A stretch of 64,000 nt of DNA, taken from contig CBDCLE010000005.1 of assembly GCA_965218585.1 (NCBI GenBank), positions 32,001 through 96,000 of the forward strand. Direction: 5' to 3'. Position 1 is the first letter of the stretch. Each line of letters begins with the position of its first letter. Source of the stretch: Terriglobia bacterium (GTDB taxonomy: Bacteria > Acidobacteriota > Terriglobia > 20CM-2-55-15). The notes beneath the pieces are model-generated. The model was not told where the DNA came from and ran no database searches. It saw only the letters and a list, made by a program, of their open reading frames with translations. The translations under genes and the position numbers were made by a program. Shown here piece by piece: positions 59,289 through 64,000 of the stretch.

Positions 59289-60491
59289 CTAGACCGCAGT
59301 AGTGCCGATACTGAAAATGGGCAAATAGAGCGAAACCAGAATCGCTGCCACAAATCCGGCTACGAAGATCAGAATGACTGGCTCGACCCAACTGAGCAAT
59401 GCAGTCAGTCTCAGATCAAGATCCTCATCGTAGAAGTCGGCGACATGATTCAACATGTCCGGCAGAGCACCTGTCTGCTCGCCAACCTGAATCATTTCCA
59501 GAGCCAACTCCGGAAAACGTCCGGTCGCCTCCAGAGAATCGGCCAGGGACTTCCCTTCACGGACACGCGCCGTTCCCTCAGCAATCGCTCCTGCAACCAC
59601 TCGGTTTCCCGAAGACTCACGCGCCACCTCGAGTGCCGAAACCAGCGGGATCCCACCCGACAGGAGCGTGGAGAGTGTCCGGGCCAGCTGGGCGATCGCA
59701 AACATCGACCAGACGGTCCCGAGTACGGGCACACGCAGCTTGAAATCGTCGATCCAGATCCGCCCTCGAACCGAACCCGACCACACCCTGAAGATGATGA
59801 CCAGACCCACCAGCAGTGGAATCCCGAGAATCAGACTGCCCTGTATCGTTGTACCAAGGGCAATCAACACCTGGGTCGGCAACGGCAATCCCGCGCCCAA
59901 CCCCTCGTAGAGTTCGGCAAAACGTGGGATGACATAGCCGAGGATAACCCCAACCATCACTATAGAAAGGACAACCAGGAAGGCCGGATAGATCAATGAA
60001 TTGCGGAATTTCTTGGTCGCCGTAAAGATGATTTTTTCGTAACGGACATAGCGTTGAATGACTTCTTCGAGATTGCCGCTGCGTTCGCCCGCAAAAACGG
60101 AGGCCGTGTAGACTTTCGGGAAGACACCTTCCTCCTCGAGGGCTTCCGACAGTGCGGTACCGGAATGCACCCGATCCCGGACTTTTTCGATGTGGGACCG
60201 CAGGCTGGGGTTGGTAATCCGGTTTCGAAGCAGGTCCAGGGACCTGAGGATAGGCAAACCCGCCCGTATGAGCGCGACGAACTGCTGGTTGAAAGCGATG
60301 AAGTCCTGAGGCGTGAAACCCTTAGCTCTGCCCCGTCCCAGGGAAGGCAGCGACCAGATCCTGGGTTTTACAGAAAGTGGAAGGAATCCCTGCTCGCGAA
60401 TGCGGCCACGGATCTCCTCGGCTGTCTGCCCGACATAGACCTCCCGAACGACATCACCGTTGGGCTTGGCATACCTGCAGTCAAATTCCAT
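59289..60491 (-). CDS. pilC: Type IV pilus/T2SS inner membrane platform protein (PilC/GspF)
   Basis: AGLPILRSL, AGERSGNL, LIYP, LPLPTQ, VGEQTG and EP..YLPIF. Confidence 0.9.
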   Translation of the reverse strand: MEFDCRYAKPNGDVVREVYVGQTAEEIRGRIREQGFLPLSVKPRIWSLPSLGRGRAKGFTPQDFIAFNQQFVALIRAGLPILRSLDLLRNRITNPSLRSHIEKVRDRVHSGTALSEALEEEGVFPKVYTASVFAGERSGNLEEVIQRYVRYEKIIFTATKKFRNSLIYPAFLVVLSIVMVGVILGYVIPRFAELYEGLGAGLPLPTQVLIALGTTIQGSLILGIPLLVGLVIIFRVWSGSVRGRIWIDDFKLRVPVLGTVWSMFAIAQLARTLSTLLSGGIPLVSALEVARESSGNRVVAGAIAEGTARVREGKSLADSLEATGRFPELALEMIQVGEQTGALPDMLNHVADFYDEDLDLRLTALLSWVEPVILIFVAGFVAAILVSLYLPIFSIGTTAV

Positions 60492-60527
60492 ATTTACCTA
60501 CAGGCGACGACTGGCGGGGCGGGAAGA

Positions 60528-61217
60528 TTACTGCCCGATTCCTTCCACGACTTCGACTTCTGGAGGGGGCACAAAATCGAACAACGATCGATCCAGGCCG
60601 ATGTTGGTTTGGACCTGGTCAAAAACGAATTCCATAATCGAATCATCCACATACGTCAACCGCAGCCTTCGGATGTCAAACGTCTCCGGATCCACATCCA
60701 ACACCACCTCCCGAACGTCGGACTCTCGTCGCGGGTACATTCGGAGGACCTCGGTACCGGGCACCATCGGAGGGATTCCGGCCGGATTCAACCCAATACT
60801 CGTAAATTCGTTCTCGAGATCCGAACGGCCAAGAAGGAACATGATGGGCATCCGGTCGTCGAACGTGTCTCCGACACTCTCCCTGTTCACCTGCTGTGCG
60901 GCCGGATCGTAGAGGTACACCGTATCCCCATCTGCCACAAACAGATATTCCTCCGGCGTCCGGTACTCCCACCGCATCATTCGCGGTCGCCTCAGGTATA
61001 AATGACCCCTCTGTGGCTCCATTTGGTTCAAAGGATCTTCATAAATCTGCAAAAAATCTGCGGACATGTCGTCCATGTCCTCGAGTTTCTCTTCGACGCC
61101 GTCTAAGAGCGCAACCAGACCGATCGACTGTGCATGGCCCGGTGAGGGCAGTACAACGAATGCAAACACAAACATCAAAAAGATGAAACGGAACGCTCGC
61201 GCCGAGTGGAGTTTCAC
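60528..61217 (-). CDS. lolA: Outer membrane lipoprotein carrier protein
   Basis: Signal peptide, SADFLQ, LRRPRMMRWEY, VADG..YLYDP..QQV and FDFVPP. Confidence 0.85.
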   Translation of the reverse strand: MKLHSARAFRFIFLMFVFAFVVLPSPGHAQSIGLVALLDGVEEKLEDMDDMSADFLQIYEDPLNQMEPQRGHLYLRRPRMMRWEYRTPEEYLFVADGDTVYLYDPAAQQVNRESVGDTFDDRMPIMFLLGRSDLENEFTSIGLNPAGIPPMVPGTEVLRMYPRRESDVREVVLDVDPETFDIRRLRLTYVDDSIMEFVFDQVQTNIGLDRSLFDFVPPPEVEVVEGIGQ

Positions 61218-61289
61218 GGAAACAGTCTAACCCAAGGGTGTGGAGTCAGTGCTGGAACTGGAAAGAAATGGACGGTCTGGCGGAAAGTG

Positions 61290-61745
61290 TCAGGACCCGA
61301 CCGGGTCCCCCGCCGTGATGCCCGTGGGCAGGCTTTCGCCGGGAGCGGCGTCGCGATAACGAACAATGTTGTCGGAACCGGAGTAGTAATTGAACCGCCC
61401 TTGAGTACCTGAAACGATTGCGGACACCCTGTAGTCCCCTGTCCCGCCACCATAGACGCTGTAGGTGTACCCGGAAATCAAGGCGCCGTTGGACGAAAAA
61501 CGGCCATCGATCATTCCATCAGCGGACAGATTTTCAAAAGTGCCGAAAGAACCGTTCGAAGAAAGGTAGGTGGTCTGTGCGGCGTTGATCGCCCGAAGGC
61601 TGGAAACGGCACCCGCCTCGTTTGCCGACTGCCGGGACCTTAGCAAGCTTGGGACGGCTATTGTGGCAATGATCAGGATGATCGCCACAACGATCAGCAA
61701 TTCCAGCAGTGAAAAACCGCTTTCTCTGGATCTTCTCAGTCGCAT
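61290..61745 (-). CDS. Type IV pilin (second copy)
   Basis: G|FSLLELLIVVAIILIIATIAVP N-methylation motif with Glu5. Confidence 0.9.
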   Translation of the reverse strand: MRLRRSRESGFSLLELLIVVAIILIIATIAVPSLLRSRQSANEAGAVSSLRAINAAQTTYLSSNGSFGTFENLSADGMIDGRFSSNGALISGYTYSVYGGGTGDYRVSAIVSGTQGRFNYYSGSDNIVRYRDAAPGESLPTGITAGDPVGS

Positions 61746-61859
61746 ACTTCGAGTAAATTCCGCTTCAGGTTCAGGGCACGGGGGGAGGACACACCTCCCC
61801 CGATTCCCTGTAACACTCATGTAAGTGATTTCTGGGAAGAGTCAACCCGAGCCGATCGA

Positions 61860-62300
61860 CTAACCGACTGGATCGCCTGCTGAAGTACCGGTCGGCAGGC
61901 TCTCTCCGGCCGCCGCATCCCGGAAGCGCACCACACCGTCCGGTCCGCTGTAGTAGTTGAATCGGCCACTGGTACCGTCTACGACTGCTGAAACTTCGTA
62001 GTTGCCTGTGCCGCCCCCGTACAGGGTATAGGTATAGCCACCGACAATCAGGCCATCGGCCGAGAACCGGTCATCGATCAGACCACCGCCACTCAGGTTC
62101 GCGAAGGTCCCATAGTTTCCATTCGACGAAACGTACGTTACCTGTGAGGTATTGATTGCCCGGAGGTTCGATACGGCGCCGGACTCATTCGCGGCCTGCC
62201 GCGACCGAAGCAAGCTGGGGATAGCGATCGTCGCAATAATCAGAATGATCGCTACAACAATCAGCAATTCCAAAAGCGAAAATCCGCGACTTTTCTTCAT
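61860..62300 (-). CDS. pilA: Type IV pilin, probable major pilin
   Basis: MKKSRG|FSLLELLIVVAIILIIATIAIP with SD GGAGG. First gene after a sigma54-like promoter. Confidence 0.88.
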   Translation of the reverse strand: MKKSRGFSLLELLIVVAIILIIATIAIPSLLRSRQAANESGAVSNLRAINTSQVTYVSSNGNYGTFANLSGGGLIDDRFSADGLIVGGYTYTLYGGGTGNYEVSAVVDGTSGRFNYYSGPDGVVRFRDAAAGESLPTGTSAGDPVG

Positions 62301-62481
62301 TCTCTCGTTCCCTCCCAGGGAATTGTGCAAGATGGCTCGGAGACTCGATGTCTCTCTGTCTAGAGCACGTTACGGATACGACAAGTTATAGTCAACAACT
62401 ATCTGCGGCCCCACACAGCCGGTCTCCGTCGGCGACGGGCACCCGGTCCGATGTCACTGATGTCCCGTCAGGCTCTGGTAT

Positions 62482-62566
62482 AGCAACTGCAAGTCCACAA
62501 GAATCGGGTGTGCGTTTCGTTGAACTTGGGAAAACTGACACGCCGAAAAGCGACATATTTTGTCAC
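62482..62566 (-). promoter_or_regulatory. Putative sigma54 promoter and upstream activator (PilR-like) sites for the pilin gene
   Basis: Minus strand TGG-ACTTGCAGTT-GCT (GG-N10-GC, 62482-62497). TGACA (62536) and GACATATTTTGTC (62552-62564) lie upstream. Confidence 0.5.
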
Positions 62567-62624
62567 TTCACGTACAAAAAAAGGCACATGAAAGGCCCGG
62601 ACGGGCAGGTAAGATCGGGAACAC

Positions 62625-64000
62625 ATGGTGCGGTCAGACACACTGAATCCAAAGCCGCTGGCTTCCGGGCCGTCATCCAGACTGAGTTACCTGGCCGGTT
62701 TCGCAGTAGTCCTGCTCGTCTTTATCACGCCTTTCGGAAGCGAATCCACCGCAGGATGGGCCATCTTCCTCCACCGGGCTTTATTGCTCGTAATCGTCGG
62801 GGTTTGCCTCGCGGGGCTTCGGAATCGGGAAACCCTCGATTTCGGTGTCGGAGTCTACGCTCTGGCCGGCGTCAGCCTCCTCGTCATGTTCCTGGCGGTC
62901 TGGGGCAGCAATAGAAACATCTTCGACGGCTTTCATCTCTGGTATCACCACCTCCTCTTTGCCCTGTTCTTCTTCACGATCGCCCGTTTTAACAGTACCC
63001 AGTCGGTTCGATGGAAGTCGGCGATGGTGGGGTCGGTAGCTGCGGTCATCGTCGGTCATGTGGGATGGAGCCTCTTCACCGAAGTTGTGCCACTATCAGG
63101 ACCCTTTGTAAACCCCAACTATTTCGGTTCCTATCTCCTGATTGGATTCGCAATCAGCCTCGCAACCGCCGCCCGCCATCCGTCCATTCGATGGAGGATT
63201 GCCGGAGCCATGGCGGCGGCGTTTCTTCTGTATGGGATCACTCAGTCACTGTCGCGTGGTGCGCTGGTTGCAGCTCTCGGCGTTACTGCCCTCGCCCTTT
63301 ACAAGATGAGCCGCCGGTTTCAGGTCGTCGCCCTCATCGGACTTGTCGTCCTCATCGCCGGCTTCAGCCCCTTGCTCCTTAGCAAATTCGCAGATTTTGA
63401 TAACTTCGATCTTTACAACTACATGCGCCCTCAAATATGGATGAGCACTTTAAGCATGATTGGGGAAAATCCAGTTGCGGGAGTCGGGATGAACGCGTAC
63501 GAAGACGCGGCAAGCCGGTTCCCCGTGGCCGCCGAAGGCACGGTTGGCCGCTACGCCCGGCGGCACAAGATGGCCCACTCCGAGTACCTCCATTACGCAG
63601 CCGAAATAGGCATCCCCGGGGCGTTGTTTTTCGTGTCGTTGCTGGCCTATTTCTTCCTGTCGATGGCGCGGGCCCGATCAAGACCAGCTGAGGACGAAGC
63701 GTTTCTGAGGGAGGCAGGATTCCTGGCCGCTGCCGGCGTCGGTGCCCACGCCCTGGTGGACAATAACTTCAGCGTACCTGTAGTGGCGGCGGTCCTGACC
63801 GTAGTATCCCTGGCGCCACTGCCGCTTCCACGATATTCCAGTATCCGCCTCCCGAGTTCCCTCGAGGGAAGGACAGCCCTCGCGCTTGTCCTCGTCGGGC
63901 TGTTCACCCACTCCACACTGGTTCCTTCTCTAGCAACCTACTTCAACGAGTCCGGTCAGCGCGCGTTCCAGAACGAACGGTTTGAAGCCGCGGAAAGAGC
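62625..64000 (+). CDS. O-antigen ligase family (Wzy_C) membrane protein, PglL-like; runs off the window
   Basis: Open frame from ATG 62625 that the ORF track misses because it has no stop. Multiple TMs, GPFVNPNYFG, TQSLSRGA, RPQIW...NPVAGVG and AHSEYLHYAAEIGIPG. Confidence 0.85.
   Translation, partial: MVRSDTLNPKPLASGPSSRLSYLAGFAVVLLVFITPFGSESTAGWAIFLHRALLLVIVGVCLAGLRNRETLDFGVGVYALAGVSLLVMFLAVWGSNRNIFDGFHLWYHHLLFALFFFTIARFNSTQSVRWKSAMVGSVAAVIVGHVGWSLFTEVVPLSGPFVNPNYFGSYLLIGFAISLATAARHPSIRWRIAGAMAAAFLLYGITQSLSRGALVAALGVTALALYKMSRRFQVVALIGLVVLIAGFSPLLLSKFADFDNFDLYNYMRPQIWMSTLSMIGENPVAGVGMNAYEDAASRFPVAAEGTVGRYARRHKMAHSEYLHYAAEIGIPGALFFVSLLAYFFLSMARARSRPAEDEAFLREAGFLAAAGVGAHALVDNNFSVPVVAAVLTVVSLAPLPLPRYSSIRLPSSLEGRTALALVLVGLFTHSTLVPSLATYFNESGQRAFQNERFEAAER

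Noticed and set aside
58009-61001. Long antisense ORFs (58009..58956, 60054..61001; likewise 9587..10564 and 22145..23044)
   Set aside because: Shadow ORFs opposite well-supported genes in high-GC DNA, with no recognisable motifs.

Overview
A GC-rich bacterial chromosome segment that is probably Acidobacteriota. This is inferred from the gene families: an Acidobacteria-type VWA protein, an Ala-zipper OmpA lipoprotein, the pilM/N/O-pilB-pilC-lolA-pilin block and a Ser/Thr kinase remnant. Most of the window is housekeeping: NUDIX hydrolase, modABC with an HTH-TOBE regulator, aspartokinase, class II RNR (nrdJ) with tandem NrdR boxes, mqnD, panBC, trxA, purA, tRNA-Lys, AddAB-type helicase-nuclease, NSS and MFS transporters, dusB, EAL-HDOD protein, tRNA-Sec, HU, isocitrate dehydrogenase, and a type IV pilus/T2SS-like cluster with two tandem pilins next to an O-antigen-ligase-like gene. 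Mobile DNA comprises two IS256-family elements (one intact with an 8-bp target duplication) and a truncated IS1595-family element next to tRNA-Lys. The signals most worth a second look are: (i) a dispersed, modular, multi-hairpin intergenic repeat family with compensatory base changes (5 copies, one hit by IS256); (ii) a KS-alpha-like ketosynthase + methyltransferase + flavin oxidoreductase + glycosyltransferase operon with no chain-length factor or ACP; (iii) helically phased direct repeats over the mod promoter; (iv) a sigma28-type promoter driving an orphan 71-aa ORF; (v) many apparently leaderless genes; (vi) a WxxERxxL coiled-coil repeat protein family. Several frameshifts and in-frame stops suggest assembly errors or gene decay. 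No CRISPR array, prophage or recognisable defence system was found. All calls were made by eye without database searches.
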